From Candidatus Uhrbacteria bacterium RIFOXYB12_FULL_58_10 (GTDB taxonomy: Bacteria > Patescibacteriota > Patescibacteriia > UBA9934 > GWF2-40-263), in contig CALRBH010000005.1 in the NCBI GenBank assembly GCA_943354165.1, forward strand, positions 18 to 64,017: a stretch of DNA of 64,000 nucleotides, read 5' to 3'. Under the pieces are notes generated by a model. The model had not been told where the DNA came from and searched no databases. It saw only the letters and a list, made by a program, of their open reading frames with translations. Of this stretch, positions 11,912 to 21,300 are shown piece by piece. A program made the translations under genes and the position numbers. Positions within the stretch are counted from its first letter, which is position 1. Each line of letters opens with the position of its first letter.

Positions 11912-13235
11912 CGGCGATATTTTTATCGGTTTTTATTGACTTGTCAAGACAAATCCCACACACAATCGCTGCGAGGGCGAGCCCGCTCCAGAGGCTCCAG
12001 AGGTAATGATCAAACAGGGCAAGGACGATGAGGCAGGCGATCAACGAGGCGGCCATGATGCCGTCGCGCGTAAATAATCGAGGACGGAGCGAGCGCCACA
12101 GTTCCCTTCCCGCTAGGAGAAAGAAGAGGGAGGCGAGAAGACCGCCTTCGGCGAGGAACAGGAGGAAGGCGTTGTGGACTGGCTGGTAGGCGTAGGACGG
12201 GAATCCGGGGCGAAGTGCGGCGAGCTTCGAAGTGAATTGTGAGGTCCCGGTTCCAAGGATCGGACTCGACATGAACACCTCTGGAAATTGGGCGAGGGCG
12301 GCGTAGCGTTCTGCGATCGAACGTTCTTCCAGCCGCGCGGTCGGAATGGCGCGCGTAAGGACTTCCGTTCGGAAGACGATGAGAGTCAGGAGGATGGCGC
12401 AGCCGGCGATGCCGGCGACCGGAAGCGCGCGGCGTGGAAGTTCACGACGGGACCAGAGCAAGAGGATGCCGACGGTTCCGGTTCCAGCCGCCACCGCGAG
12501 CCAGGCGCTGCGGGAAAAGGTGAGGATCAGGGTCGCGGAAAAGATCGCGAGAGCTAAACGCGTCGCGGGCTGATGCCATGAACGGCAACCGCCCCTAACC
12601 CCTCCTTGGCGAAGGAGGGGAATCGCGCTTAGTTCCCAAATGCAAAGCAGGATACCAACTGCCAAATAGCCACCAAACACGTTTGGATGCGGGAATGAAC
12701 CATACGCACGCAGCGTGCGGATGCCTCCGGCGGATTCCACGACGGATGCGCCGAGTTCTGGCGCGTTGTGCGCGGAAAGGCCGAGCCAATGACTGGCGGG
12801 ACTATCGCCCATGAAGGTCTGAATTATCCCGAAGAGACTCACGGGCACGAGTCCGGCAATGAAGGCGTGGCGTGCCATCGAGACATCGGTTCGCTCATCG
12901 GTGATGAGGAGAGCGAGTGCCGCGGCCGCAGCAACATGGAAGAGATGCGAGAGGGCGAGGAGCGGATCTGCGCTCACGAATGAACTCGCGAGCAGGGCAA
13001 GAGCACAGAGTTTTGCCCAGCGGAAAAGTAGTTGGTAGGTGGTAGTTGGTAGTTGGGGTTTTCCGCGTGCAACAAGAAGAGCGAGTGCGAGGAGTTCGGT
13101 TGCGTACAACAGGGTTTTTCCGTACTCCCATCCCCCGCCATCAAGCGTTCTCTCCATCACGATCCACACCATCTGCCACGGCAACAGGAAAAGCAGCGCG
13201 TACAGGCCGTTGGTTACGAGGCGATCTTTGTTCAT
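11895..13235 (-). CDS. O-antigen ligase/Wzy-family polytopic membrane protein
   Basis: RAYGSFPHPN, TFSRSAW, PVHNAFL; start overlaps the upstream stop (ATGA). Confidence 0.85.
   Translation of the reverse strand: MNKDRLVTNGLYALLFLLPWQMVWIVMERTLDGGGWEYGKTLLYATELLALALLVARGKPQLPTTTYQLLFRWAKLCALALLASSFVSADPLLALSHLFHVAAAAALALLITDERTDVSMARHAFIAGLVPVSLFGIIQTFMGDSPASHWLGLSAHNAPELGASVVESAGGIRTLRAYGSFPHPNVFGGYLAVGILLCIWELSAIPLLRQGGVRGGCRSWHQPATRLALAIFSATLILTFSRSAWLAVAAGTGTVGILLLWSRRELPRRALPVAGIAGCAILLTLIVFRTEVLTRAIPTARLEERSIAERYAALAQFPEVFMSSPILGTGTSQFTSKLAALRPGFPSYAYQPVHNAFLLFLAEGGLLASLFFLLAGRELWRSLRPRLFTRDGIMAASLIACLIVLALFDHYLWSLWSGLALAAIVCGICLDKSIKTDKNIAASNLN
12568..12622. repeat. Palindrome family G in frame in the O-antigen ligase
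   Basis: About 55 bp matching the reverse complement of 25229-25283; encodes IPLLRQGGVRGGCRSWHQP. Confidence 0.8.
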
Positions 13236-14131
13236 ACGCCGTGAATTCGACATTCCTCAAGCCATTGATCCCTATATTCCTCTCGACGATCCTGGTCGTG
13301 GAACTTTAGGTACTCCTCATTCGCGATCACGCGGCTGTCCTTGTTGAGGAGGTCGCGTATGGGTTGTGGGAAGCGACGTTCTTGGAGCTTGCGTGCCCAG
13401 GTTTCAGGAATGAATTTGGGAAACTTCCAGACGGGAACCCCTGCCGAAACAGTCGGATGCAGTGCCCGTCCCGCTGCCTGCGGAATGAAGCGATTCGTCC
13501 ACACGTTAAGCTTATGGAACCTCTCAAATACGCCACCCGCGTCATATACAGGGACAAGTGAACGCGCCCATACCGCCAGATACGGATCACCGCCTGGAAT
13601 CGAAAGACGTTCCAGGTTGAGCGCGTCCTCGCTTGCGAAAAAACTGAAACAGAACGGGTCGCGCGTCTTCACTCCTGGCCGCTCGCGCGTCAAAATGAAC
13701 GGCGCAACGCAGAGCAGACGTGACGACCACAGCTGACCCGGCTTCGTGATGACAAAAAGGTCGATGTCGGAACTTTCGCGCGTGTGCGAAAACGCGAGCG
13801 TGTTCCCCGCCGCGATGCCAATGACTCCGGGAACGCGTTTGAGATATTGAACGGCCCTGTGAACGCGCGCGAACTTTCGAATTGCGTCGTGCGTCCGCTC
13901 ATCACGTACCTGAGCGAGCCCCGAGGTTCCCTTTCGTCCGATGTAGGCGCCTTCCTGCACGCATTCTGCCCGTAAGACCATCGACGTCTCCAGGGTGCGA
14001 TCGATTTCTCCACGCGACGTCTCCTCCCCGTTCTGAAACATCCATGTATAGAGCTCATCGCGCGTCAGCGGATAGTCGAAGAGCGCGTACCACGAGACCG
14101 TCCGGAAGATGGCGCTCTCCGTGCGGTTCAT
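13232..14131 (-). CDS. Nucleotidyltransferase-domain protein
   Basis: GNTLAF...SSDIDLFVIT (degenerate Pol-beta NTase GS/DxD motif). Confidence 0.7.
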   Translation of the reverse strand: MNRTESAIFRTVSWYALFDYPLTRDELYTWMFQNGEETSRGEIDRTLETSMVLRAECVQEGAYIGRKGTSGLAQVRDERTHDAIRKFARVHRAVQYLKRVPGVIGIAAGNTLAFSHTRESSDIDLFVITKPGQLWSSRLLCVAPFILTRERPGVKTRDPFCFSFFASEDALNLERLSIPGGDPYLAVWARSLVPVYDAGGVFERFHKLNVWTNRFIPQAAGRALHPTVSAGVPVWKFPKFIPETWARKLQERRFPQPIRDLLNKDSRVIANEEYLKFHDQDRREEYRDQWLEECRIHGV

Positions 14132-14140
14132 AAGGAAGGT

Positions 14141-14881
14141 TTAAGCTGGAGGAAGGGCTGGAACTCCGACAGGCTTTCGGAACACGATCCACTGCTGGAG
14201 GATGGACATGGCGGTGATGACGACCCAGTACAACGCCAGACCGGCGGGCAGTGTGGCCCCGATGAAAATGGTCATGAGCGGCATGGTGTACATCATGGAC
14301 TTGTTCATGGTCGCGAGCATGTCCTCGTCCTTTGCCCCTGGCGTTCCCTGCACCTGCTTGGGTGGTCGCTTTGCCATCAGCATCTTCGTCTGCACAAACT
14401 GAAGGGCTCCGGCGAGCAAGGCGAGAGGGAGAGATTTCTGGGTCAGGTTGAGGAATCCAAGGAACAGCTCATGGATTTCTGTCGGGTGTTTTACGAACGA
14501 GTACAGCGCGGAAAAACTCTCCGTAGAGAGCCCCGCCTGAAGCACAGAATAGAGAGCGATAATAATCGGGAGCTGGATGAGGAGCGGTAAGCAGGAAGAA
14601 AGAGGGTTCACTTTCTCCTTCTTGTAGAGTTCCATCATGGCCTTTCCGAGCGCTTCCTTGTCGTCCTTATGCTCCTTTTTCAAATCTTCAAGCTTTGGCT
14701 GAAGGTCCTGAAGGGCCTTCTGCGACACGAGCGAGGAGTGGTTGAGCGGCCACATGACGAGCTTCACGAGGATCGTGAGCGCGATGATGGCAAACCCCAT
14801 ATCCGCACCGGGCAGCGTGTTATACAACCAAATCAACAGGTTATAGAGCGGCTGATAAAGGACGGTATGGAACAAAGACAT
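14141..14881 (-). CDS. yidC: Membrane protein insertase YidC/Oxa1
   Basis: LQPKL, YKKEKVNPLSSCLPLLIQLPI, PAGLALYW. Confidence 0.95.
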   Translation of the reverse strand: MSLFHTVLYQPLYNLLIWLYNTLPGADMGFAIIALTILVKLVMWPLNHSSLVSQKALQDLQPKLEDLKKEHKDDKEALGKAMMELYKKEKVNPLSSCLPLLIQLPIIIALYSVLQAGLSTESFSALYSFVKHPTEIHELFLGFLNLTQKSLPLALLAGALQFVQTKMLMAKRPPKQVQGTPGAKDEDMLATMNKSMMYTMPLMTIFIGATLPAGLALYWVVITAMSILQQWIVFRKPVGVPALPPA

Positions 14882-14884
14882 AGG

Positions 14885-16174
14885 TTACGTGGTCTCAGGG
14901 GTAGAAGGTGTTGAATCGCTCGGCTGCGCCTCGCTTGTAGAAGTTGTAGAAAGTGGAGTCGTTTCTACATTTTCTACACCTTCTACACTTTCTACAATCT
15001 GGTCCGGCTTCCCTTCCTCAGCAATATTGATCTTCCAACCAGAGAGCTTGGCAGCGAGGCGGACGTTTTGACCTCCGCGTCCAATGGCGAGCGAGAGCTG
15101 ATCGGCATTCACCTTCACGGAAGCGGAACGATCGGATTCTTGCACACTCACGGCCAGGACTTTTGCTGGAGCAAGAGCATTGGCAATAAACTTCTCTGGA
15201 ATGTCGTTCCATTCGATGATATCCACCTTTTCTCCACCCAACTCTGCAATGATGGTCTGAATGCGGGTTCCGCGCTGACCAATACAAGCACCGATTGGAT
15301 CAATGGAATCATCCTTCGCAGACACGGACACCTTGGAGCGTGATCCTGCTTCGCGAGCGAGAGCTTTGATCTCCACGGTTCCTTCGGACACTTCTGGAAT
15401 TTCCATTTCAAAGAGCTTGCGGACTACTTCCTCAGAGGCGCGGGAGAGGAGAATTTCCGGACCACGCGTGGTGAGGGCAACCTGGCGGACGTACACCTTG
15501 ATGCGGTCGCCGGTGGCGTAACGCTCCGTTGGAATCTGGTCCTCCGGGCGAATGATGCCGGTGGTGCGGCCAATGTCGACAAGAACCACGCGACCCTCGC
15601 GGCGCTGCACAGTGCCGTTGAGCATCTTGCCCTCATGTTCCTTGAACTCGTTGAACACGATTTCGCGTTCGGCCTCGCGCAGCTTCTGCATGATGACCTG
15701 TTTGGCGGTCATTGCCGCCATGCGTCCGAATTCGCCTTCCATCGGCATTTCTGTGCGGAGCACGTCGCCGATGCTTGCAGACATCTTAAGCACGCTCGCC
15801 GCAGAAAGCATGAGCTCCGTCTTTGGATTGAAGGATGGAAGATCGTCTTCGTCGATCGTTACGGACGTAACGCTTTCCCCGCGATCACGGGCCTGTTTGA
15901 TTTCGTTTGCGAGCTTCTCCACGCGTGCTTTGCGCTCCAGGTCCGCCGCCTCAAGCGCTTCCGGAGTAATGTCGGCAACGACCATCTTTACATCAAACAC
16001 ACGGGTGGCGCCCGTTTCCGGATCGAACTCCACTTCAATGTTCATGTTCTTATCGCCGAAGTCCTTACGGTAGGCGGCGGCGAGGGCGGCTTCGATGGCG
16101 GAAAGGACTGCTTCATATGCGAGCCCTTTTTCCTCGCAAATCTGACGAATAGCTTGTTCAATGGGTGATGACAT
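14885..16174 (-). CDS. nusA: Transcription termination factor NusA
   Basis: FGRMAAMTAKQVI, AREAGSRSK, GACIGQRG, LAIGRGGQNVRLA. Confidence 0.97.
   Translation of the reverse strand: MSSPIEQAIRQICEEKGLAYEAVLSAIEAALAAAYRKDFGDKNMNIEVEFDPETGATRVFDVKMVVADITPEALEAADLERKARVEKLANEIKQARDRGESVTSVTIDEDDLPSFNPKTELMLSAASVLKMSASIGDVLRTEMPMEGEFGRMAAMTAKQVIMQKLREAEREIVFNEFKEHEGKMLNGTVQRREGRVVLVDIGRTTGIIRPEDQIPTERYATGDRIKVYVRQVALTTRGPEILLSRASEEVVRKLFEMEIPEVSEGTVEIKALAREAGSRSKVSVSAKDDSIDPIGACIGQRGTRIQTIIAELGGEKVDIIEWNDIPEKFIANALAPAKVLAVSVQESDRSASVKVNADQLSLAIGRGGQNVRLAAKLSGWKINIAEEGKPDQIVESVEGVENVETTPLSTTSTSEAQPSDSTPSTPETT
14899..14997. repeat. Family D 9-mer hairpin (GTAGAA/TTCTAC) encoding the NusA C-tail
   Basis: Encodes IVESVEGVENVE-TTPLSTTSTS...STPSTP. 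Confidence 0.75.
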
Positions 16175-16243
16175 ATCAAGAAAAAACGTCTTGGTAAAAA
16201 TCGAACCCGTCGTTGTCGACAGGTCCAGTACCCACCGAGACTA

Positions 16244-16615
16244 TCACCTTCCATACGGCCCGTCAACGGCCGGAAAGTGAACAATGCTGGGCTCTTCACC
16301 CGGTTTCATAGAGATGGAAACTACGTCGATGCGATAGGAACGACCCTCCCAGCTCCGTTCAATAATGTAGGCCTCCGCGCAAGACACCATATGTCGCCAT
16401 TTCTGCCGCGTGATGGATTCCTCCGGATAGCCATACTCATCCCCCGCCCGTGTTTTTACCTCCACAAAAACGACCTCGCCCTGCAGATCGCAGACGAGGT
16501 CGATTTCTCCAAAATGAGTCCGTGCCTGGCGCGCGAGAACTTTCATCCCTTTGCGTACAAGATACTCCGCCGCAATTTCCTCCCCACGATTACCGAATTC
16601 CCTCCTCGATTCCAT
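16244..16615 (-). CDS. YraN family (UPF0102) putative endonuclease
   Basis: GNRGEEIA, GEIDLV, FVEVKTR, RIDVV. Confidence 0.9.
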   Translation of the reverse strand: MESRREFGNRGEEIAAEYLVRKGMKVLARQARTHFGEIDLVCDLQGEVVFVEVKTRAGDEYGYPEESITRQKWRHMVSCAEAYIIERSWEGRSYRIDVVSISMKPGEEPSIVHFPAVDGPYGR

Positions 16616-16622
16616 AATGCGG

Positions 16623-17027
16623 TTACGATCGTCCAGGAAGATACTTGTTCCGTTCACGGTCCAATCGTTCCTGTTCCCTGATTTCCGGAAGACGCTTTTT
16701 CAAAAATACGACGATGCGCACCGCCCAAACGATGGCGAGGATGAAAAGGGCCGCGTACCAGAACCGGTTGCCGAAGAACGGCACGTTCTCATAGCTCATG
16801 AACGCAAGGATGGTTCCGAGGAGTCCAACCGTTACGCACAGGCTGCCCACGCGGGAAAACATCCGTCCGATGTGGCGGTCCGTCTTCTTGCGGGCGTTTA
16901 CGATGCGGATGACGATGCCGAGGAAAAACAGTCCGAGGGTGAGCGCGAACACGACGCGGCCAGCGCCTGAGGTGACGTCCGGAATGGAGGTCCAGAAATT
17001 ATAGGAAATCAGCGAGGAAAAATTCAT
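16623..17027 (-). CDS. Hypothetical membrane protein
   Basis: 3 TM segments, C-terminal KYLP; operon context. Confidence 0.7.
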   Translation of the reverse strand: MNFSSLISYNFWTSIPDVTSGAGRVVFALTLGLFFLGIVIRIVNARKKTDRHIGRMFSRVGSLCVTVGLLGTILAFMSYENVPFFGNRFWYAALFILAIVWAVRIVVFLKKRLPEIREQERLDRERNKYLPGRS

Positions 17028-17034
17028 AATGAGA

Positions 17035-17283
17035 TTATCGAACAAAAATTCCAGCAAAACCGTTCAGGATATCCGAGACAATGTTGGTCGCGATGAACAT
17101 GCCGATGAACGCGATGATAAGGCCAACGATCTTATACAGGAACCTGGATTGGCCAACGCCGAGCTTTTCCTCCGCCCAGTCATTGGTGCCAAACCATTCA
17201 AACACGGTCTCCGTCTTCCAGACAATCAGGAAGCCGACGACCATGACGACAAGACCTAACGGGATGCGCAACAGTGGGGACAT
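17035..17283 (-). CDS. Small hypothetical membrane protein
   Basis: 2 TM segments around WAEEKLGVG. Confidence 0.7.
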   Translation of the reverse strand: MSPLLRIPLGLVVMVVGFLIVWKTETVFEWFGTNDWAEEKLGVGQSRFLYKIVGLIIAFIGMFIATNIVSDILNGFAGIFVR

Positions 17284-17298
17284 ATTGTTCAAAACTTG

Positions 17299-17375
17299 TG
17301 GTGGACGCTGGGGGATTCGAACCCTCGACCTACTCGGTGTAAACGAGCCGCTCTAACCAGCTGAGCTAAGCGTCC
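17299..17375 (-). tRNA. tRNA-Val(TAC)
   Basis: Cloverleaf GGACGCT...AGCGTCC-ACCA, anticodon loop TTTACAC. Confidence 0.95.
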
Positions 17376-17630
17376 ATAATTTTCAACTAACCAGGTCCGA
17401 CGCCCTGATGGGGTACGGACCCCCGACCGCATCAGCGCGTCGGGGCTGAGCTAAGCGTCCATAATTTTCAACTAACCAGGTCCGACGCCCTGATGGGGTA
17501 CGGACCCCCGACCGCATCAGCGCGTCGGGGCTGAGCTAAGCGTCCATAATTTTCAACTAACCAGGTCCGACGCCCTGATGGGGTACGGACCCCCGACCGC
17601 ATCAGCGCGTCGGGGCTGAGCTAAGCGTCC
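17376..17630 (-). repeat. 3 x 85-bp tandem array of interrupted tRNA-Val 5' fragments
   Basis: Unit = tRNA nt1-15 + 51-nt double hairpin + tRNA nt16-23 + 11-nt leader; units start at 17376, 17461 and 17546. Confidence 0.92.
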
Positions 17631-17640
17631 ATAATTGCTA

Positions 17641-17669
17641 TTGACCATGCCTTCCGCAGAGAGTATCTT
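17641..17669 (+). promoter_or_regulatory. Sigma70-type promoter
   Basis: TTGACC-17-TATCTT upstream of the 17737 ORF. Confidence 0.5.
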
Positions 17670-17736
17670 AATGCTCGCGTCTCATCAAGCCTGCCCGCCG
17701 GTAGGCAGGAGTGCGTAACCCTAAAGGAGAGTTTCC

Positions 17737-18048
17737 GTGCAGCAGCCCCAACCGCAGACCGCCACCGTTCCTTCCGTCCCCCCGACCGTCGTTGGTCCCA
17801 AGACGCCGCCCATCGACCCGTCGAACATCACCCCCGAGCAGATCATCTTGGCGATCTCCCGAGATCCAAAGATGTTCTCGCAGCTGTGCACGGAGTTCAG
17901 GACCGACAAAGACCCCGTGTACCGTGAACGGCTCCGTCACACCGCCACCGCGCTCATGAAAAACAAGAAGATCAGCTGGAACGACGAGACAGGGCTCATC
18001 GGCCTCACGCGTGCCGTGACCGTGCGCAAAGCGGTCGCCGCCGCCTGA
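17737..18048 (+). CDS. Hypothetical protein (Pro/Gln-rich N-terminus)
   Basis: GTG start preceded by AAAGGAG SD; GC3-rich codons. Confidence 0.65.
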   Translation: MQQPQPQTATVPSVPPTVVGPKTPPIDPSNITPEQIILAISRDPKMFSQLCTEFRTDKDPVYRERLRHTATALMKNKKISWNDETGLIGLTRAVTVRKAVAAA

Positions 18049-18163
18049 TGATCGCGTCCCGCTCCCGCCACGAGGCCCACGTTCTTATGACCTACCCCAT
18101 GCGGTAGGTCTTCTTCTTGCCAAACTCACCCCCTGTGACTATACTGCGCGCGCGATTCAATTC

Positions 18164-18250
18164 GCGGACGTGGCGGAATTGGTATACGCACTAGCTTGAG
18201 GGGCTAGCGCTCGCAAGGGCTTGAGGGTTCGAGTCCCTCCGTCCGCACCA
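18164..18250 (+). tRNA. tRNA-Leu(GAG)
   Basis: Long variable arm, loop TTGAGGG, CCA end. Confidence 0.95.
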
Positions 18251-18251
18251 C

Positions 18252-18282
18252 AAAACGCTCCACCGTAAGGTAGAGCGTTTTG
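18252..18282. terminator. Bidirectional intrinsic terminator
   Basis: AAAACGCTC..GAGCGTTTT between convergent genes. Confidence 0.7.
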
Positions 18283-18288
18283 TCTTTC

Positions 18289-19035
18289 CTAAAACATTCT
18301 CGTCTTCCCCGTAATCACCTTGAAAGTCATCGGTTCCACGGTGATGTCGAATCGGTTCCCGTGCATCTCTTCCCCGTCAGCAAGGACGGTCATGGTTTCC
18401 TGAGAACGGATCTCTAATGTCTGAAGAGGGATAATGCTTTTTCCCATTTTGCGCTTCTTGAACCATCCGCCGGATTCGGTGGTACGGATCACCACTTCAA
18501 GGAGTCCATCGCGCGGGTTCCCGACTTCCCCTTCCGTTGGATGTTCCACGGCGGCAAGGTTACGAATTTCGAGCGAGCCCGCGCCCGTAGGACTGAGCTT
18601 ATATCCGTCACAGATAAGTTCTGCCTTGAAGCGCGGAACCGTGACACCCGCAATGAACCGCCGACCGTTTACCAGACCTGAGTCTATGGTCTCTACAATG
18701 CGCGAAGACAACGTATCGCAGGCGGCAATGCCTGTGGGGATTCCGAGAATTCTCGCGAGCCCTTGTGGCTCTCCCATGGGAATCATCCCGAACACCACAC
18801 CAGTGTCTGCCACGGCATCCAGGACTTTCTTTGCGGTCGCATCGTTCCCTACGGCGACGACCGTCGTAAGCCCGCGCCGAACCTCATCCCGAATCATTTC
18901 TCCCGGATCCCGAAAGAGCGCGAGGCGCACGACTTTTCCGGAAAGGCCGAGGTCGGTAAGGCGGCTTTCTACGTCCGCAAGCTCATTGCGGTACTTGGGC
19001 TCCGCCAGAAACTCGTCATAGATGTACCCGTACAC
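18289..19035 (-). CDS. Diacylglycerol kinase-like family protein
   Basis: VVAVGNDAT (GGDGT-like), IPMG, LARILGIP, DGLLEV, ADGE. Confidence 0.75.
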   Translation of the reverse strand: MYGYIYDEFLAEPKYRNELADVESRLTDLGLSGKVVRLALFRDPGEMIRDEVRRGLTTVVAVGNDATAKKVLDAVADTGVVFGMIPMGEPQGLARILGIPTGIAACDTLSSRIVETIDSGLVNGRRFIAGVTVPRFKAELICDGYKLSPTGAGSLEIRNLAAVEHPTEGEVGNPRDGLLEVVIRTTESGGWFKKRKMGKSIIPLQTLEIRSQETMTVLADGEEMHGNRFDITVEPMTFKVITGKTRMF

Positions 19036-19041
19036 ACGCGG

Positions 19042-19410
19042 TTATTTCTCCTGTGGCTCGACCGAGCCCCCTTCCATGCTGATGCGGCCGTTCACAATGG
19101 CCCCAGGGGCAATAGAGAGTACACGTGCTTCGATATCTCCATGCACACGGGAAGTTTCAAGGAGTTCGAGTCGATCGGACACGCGGAGGTTTCCCTGAAT
19201 CTCTCCTGCAATGATGGCCGAGTCTGCGGACACGTCCGCTTGAATGCGTGCGCTCTCGCCGACGCGAAGCGACTCGTCCGTATGGACCGATCCGCTCACC
19301 TCCCCATCGATCACCACATCTCCCTTGCTCGTAAATTCCCCCTCAACGCGAACACCGACCGCGATGATCGTCTCGGCATGGTTGCTTGGCATAGAGTCTC
19401 GTTTGAACAT
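19042..19410 (-). CDS. Bactofilin (polymer-forming cytoskeletal protein)
   Basis: TIIAVGVRVEG, IDGEVSG, IAGEIQGN, GAIVNGRISM. Confidence 0.9.
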   Translation of the reverse strand: MFKRDSMPSNHAETIIAVGVRVEGEFTSKGDVVIDGEVSGSVHTDESLRVGESARIQADVSADSAIIAGEIQGNLRVSDRLELLETSRVHGDIEARVLSIAPGAIVNGRISMEGGSVEPQEK

Positions 19411-19418
19411 AAACCGGT

Positions 19419-20807
19419 TTACTTGAGTCTAGCCTTTCCCGTTGCGGCCTTCAAGGTCGCCCGGAACGTAGATCCCTTCAGTTTTCCGGCACTCTCGGCA
19501 ACAATGGTGCCTCCCATCCCTTCCATAAGCTTTTTGACGACGTACAACCCAAGTCCGGAAGACGTTTTTACAAACTTCGACGCATGGCCGCGGGCAAACT
19601 TTTCGAACAAGTGCATCTTGTCCTCGGGAGAAAGCCCAAACCCAGTATCCTTTACCTCGATGACCACAGAGCCTTCCTTCCGTTCGAGACGGATATGAAT
19701 CGATCCCTTCTCTGTGTACTTGAGCGCGTTGTCCGTCATGTTCATAACCACCTCCTTGAGCTTCTCAGGATCCGCCTGCGTCATGACAGGCTCCTTTGGC
19801 ACGTCGAGCGTCAACGCGACGCCCTTTTCCTTCGCATGTGCCTGCAGGAAGTCGCCGACCCAATGCACGATGGCTCCCGCATCCACATCCGCCATCTTCA
19901 CCTGCAGCCGGCCGGACTCGATGCGAGTAAGGTCAAGAAGATGGTTCACGAGCAGGATGAGCGATTCGGTGCTCTGGCGTACGTTTTCAAGTGCTGAGTG
20001 CTGTTTCTTGTTGATTTTTCCGACCATGCCGTCCTCAAGCATGGCCACATAGCCTTTCGTGATGGCGAGTGGCGTGCGCAGCTGATGGCTCGCGATCGAA
20101 AGAAATTCCGTCTTGAGGGAATCGAGCGCCTTGAGCTTATTATTTGCGACACGCAGCTTGCTGGTGGTGAGCTTCAACGCCTGGAACGTCTGCGCCTTCT
20201 GCACCGCAATCATAATCAGAGAGAGAAGGTTTTCGATGGTCTCACGCTCGTATCGCGTAAGATCGTCTGCCGCGCGGTTCAGTCCGAGGGCAAGTACGCC
20301 TACGGGGATTTTTCCAGAACACATCGGAAACACGAGCGCAAATTTCGCGCCGTGCTTCTCATCAAGCCGCTCCATCTCTTCCGCCGTGAAGGAAGGGGTG
20401 AAGACCTTTCCGAGCCAGTCATGTGTCTGACGCTTCCCGTTCTTAAGGGCTTTCACGCACAAATTTTCCTTGTGGGAGAGGGGAATGGGCAAACGATCAC
20501 CCACGGGCACATCACAGATCGAAGACTTCTTATCTCCACATGCGGCCGCCATCCAAGTGAGGTGTTTCCCTTCCATAACCGCAACGGCAACAAGGGGAAA
20601 AGAAAATTCGCGCACCAGGATCTGCGCGATCTGCCCCGTGAGCTCATGCGGCTCAAGGGAGGCCATGGCGACTTCATCGATGTCGCGCAGGAGCGAGAGG
20701 GTCTTATTACGCACAGCAAGCTCGGCGTTGCGCGCATACATCTCTCGATTCACTTCATCGAGCATGCGCTCCCGGCTCGCAAGTGAATGAGAGGTGCGGT
20801 CGGCCAT
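19419..20807 (-). CDS. Cytoplasmic GAF-sensor histidine kinase
   Basis: ASHQLRTPL H-box, NMTDNALKY, DTGFG, GLGL; no TM segment. Confidence 0.92.
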   Translation of the reverse strand: MADRTSHSLASRERMLDEVNREMYARNAELAVRNKTLSLLRDIDEVAMASLEPHELTGQIAQILVREFSFPLVAVAVMEGKHLTWMAAACGDKKSSICDVPVGDRLPIPLSHKENLCVKALKNGKRQTHDWLGKVFTPSFTAEEMERLDEKHGAKFALVFPMCSGKIPVGVLALGLNRAADDLTRYERETIENLLSLIMIAVQKAQTFQALKLTTSKLRVANNKLKALDSLKTEFLSIASHQLRTPLAITKGYVAMLEDGMVGKINKKQHSALENVRQSTESLILLVNHLLDLTRIESGRLQVKMADVDAGAIVHWVGDFLQAHAKEKGVALTLDVPKEPVMTQADPEKLKEVVMNMTDNALKYTEKGSIHIRLERKEGSVVIEVKDTGFGLSPEDKMHLFEKFARGHASKFVKTSSGLGLYVVKKLMEGMGGTIVAESAGKLKGSTFRATLKAATGKARLK

Positions 20808-20815
20808 ACTGGATT

Positions 20816-20934
20816 AAACGACAAACAACAAATCCCAAACGACAAAGAAAGAGGGAAAAGAAGAAACAGCTAAACCTTTTACCCTTTTTTCGTTTTCCAT
20901 ATTTCTTTGTCGTTTGTCGTTTTTCGTTTCATCG
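20816..20934. repeat. Family E heptamer hairpin (AAACGAC / GTCGTTT)
   Basis: Inverted degenerate 7-mer arms filling the intergenic region. Confidence 0.75.
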
Positions 20935-20938
20935 TCCC

Positions 20939-21211
20939 CTAACGCAGAACTTCAGGCACCGCATCCTTAGAAAACTGAGAAAGATACGGCTTTACCGCCT
21001 CGCGGCACACTTCGCGGGACGCCGGCCCGAAGAGTTCTTCGAACTGGCCGACCAGCCCTTCGAGCACGGCTCGAGTATTTCCTGAGATGGTAATTTTATG
21101 ATTCTTCGCGATCACTAAACCCGACACCTTGCCGGCTTCACGCCAAGCGAGAGGCCCGATCACGAGCTCTTGTTCCTTGATAATGTGTTCTGCAAGAAAA
21201 GCGGCTTCCAT
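20939..21211 (-). CDS. Small hypothetical protein upstream of the histidine kinase
   Basis: IIKEQELVIGPLAW...LVGQFEELFG; co-oriented with the kinase. Confidence 0.75.
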   Translation of the reverse strand: MEAAFLAEHIIKEQELVIGPLAWREAGKVSGLVIAKNHKITISGNTRAVLEGLVGQFEELFGPASREVCREAVKPYLSQFSKDAVPEVLR

Positions 21212-21300
21212 AGGTCCGTATAAGATTACCATGTTTCAAGTTGCGGTGAAACATCGAGGACGCGTATCATGCCCGCGAGCGGACGTGTTTCTCCCCTTAT

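Noticed and set aside
17376-17630. CRISPR array
   Set aside because: The units are identical end to end with no unique spacers, there are no cas genes, and the unit is tRNA-derived.
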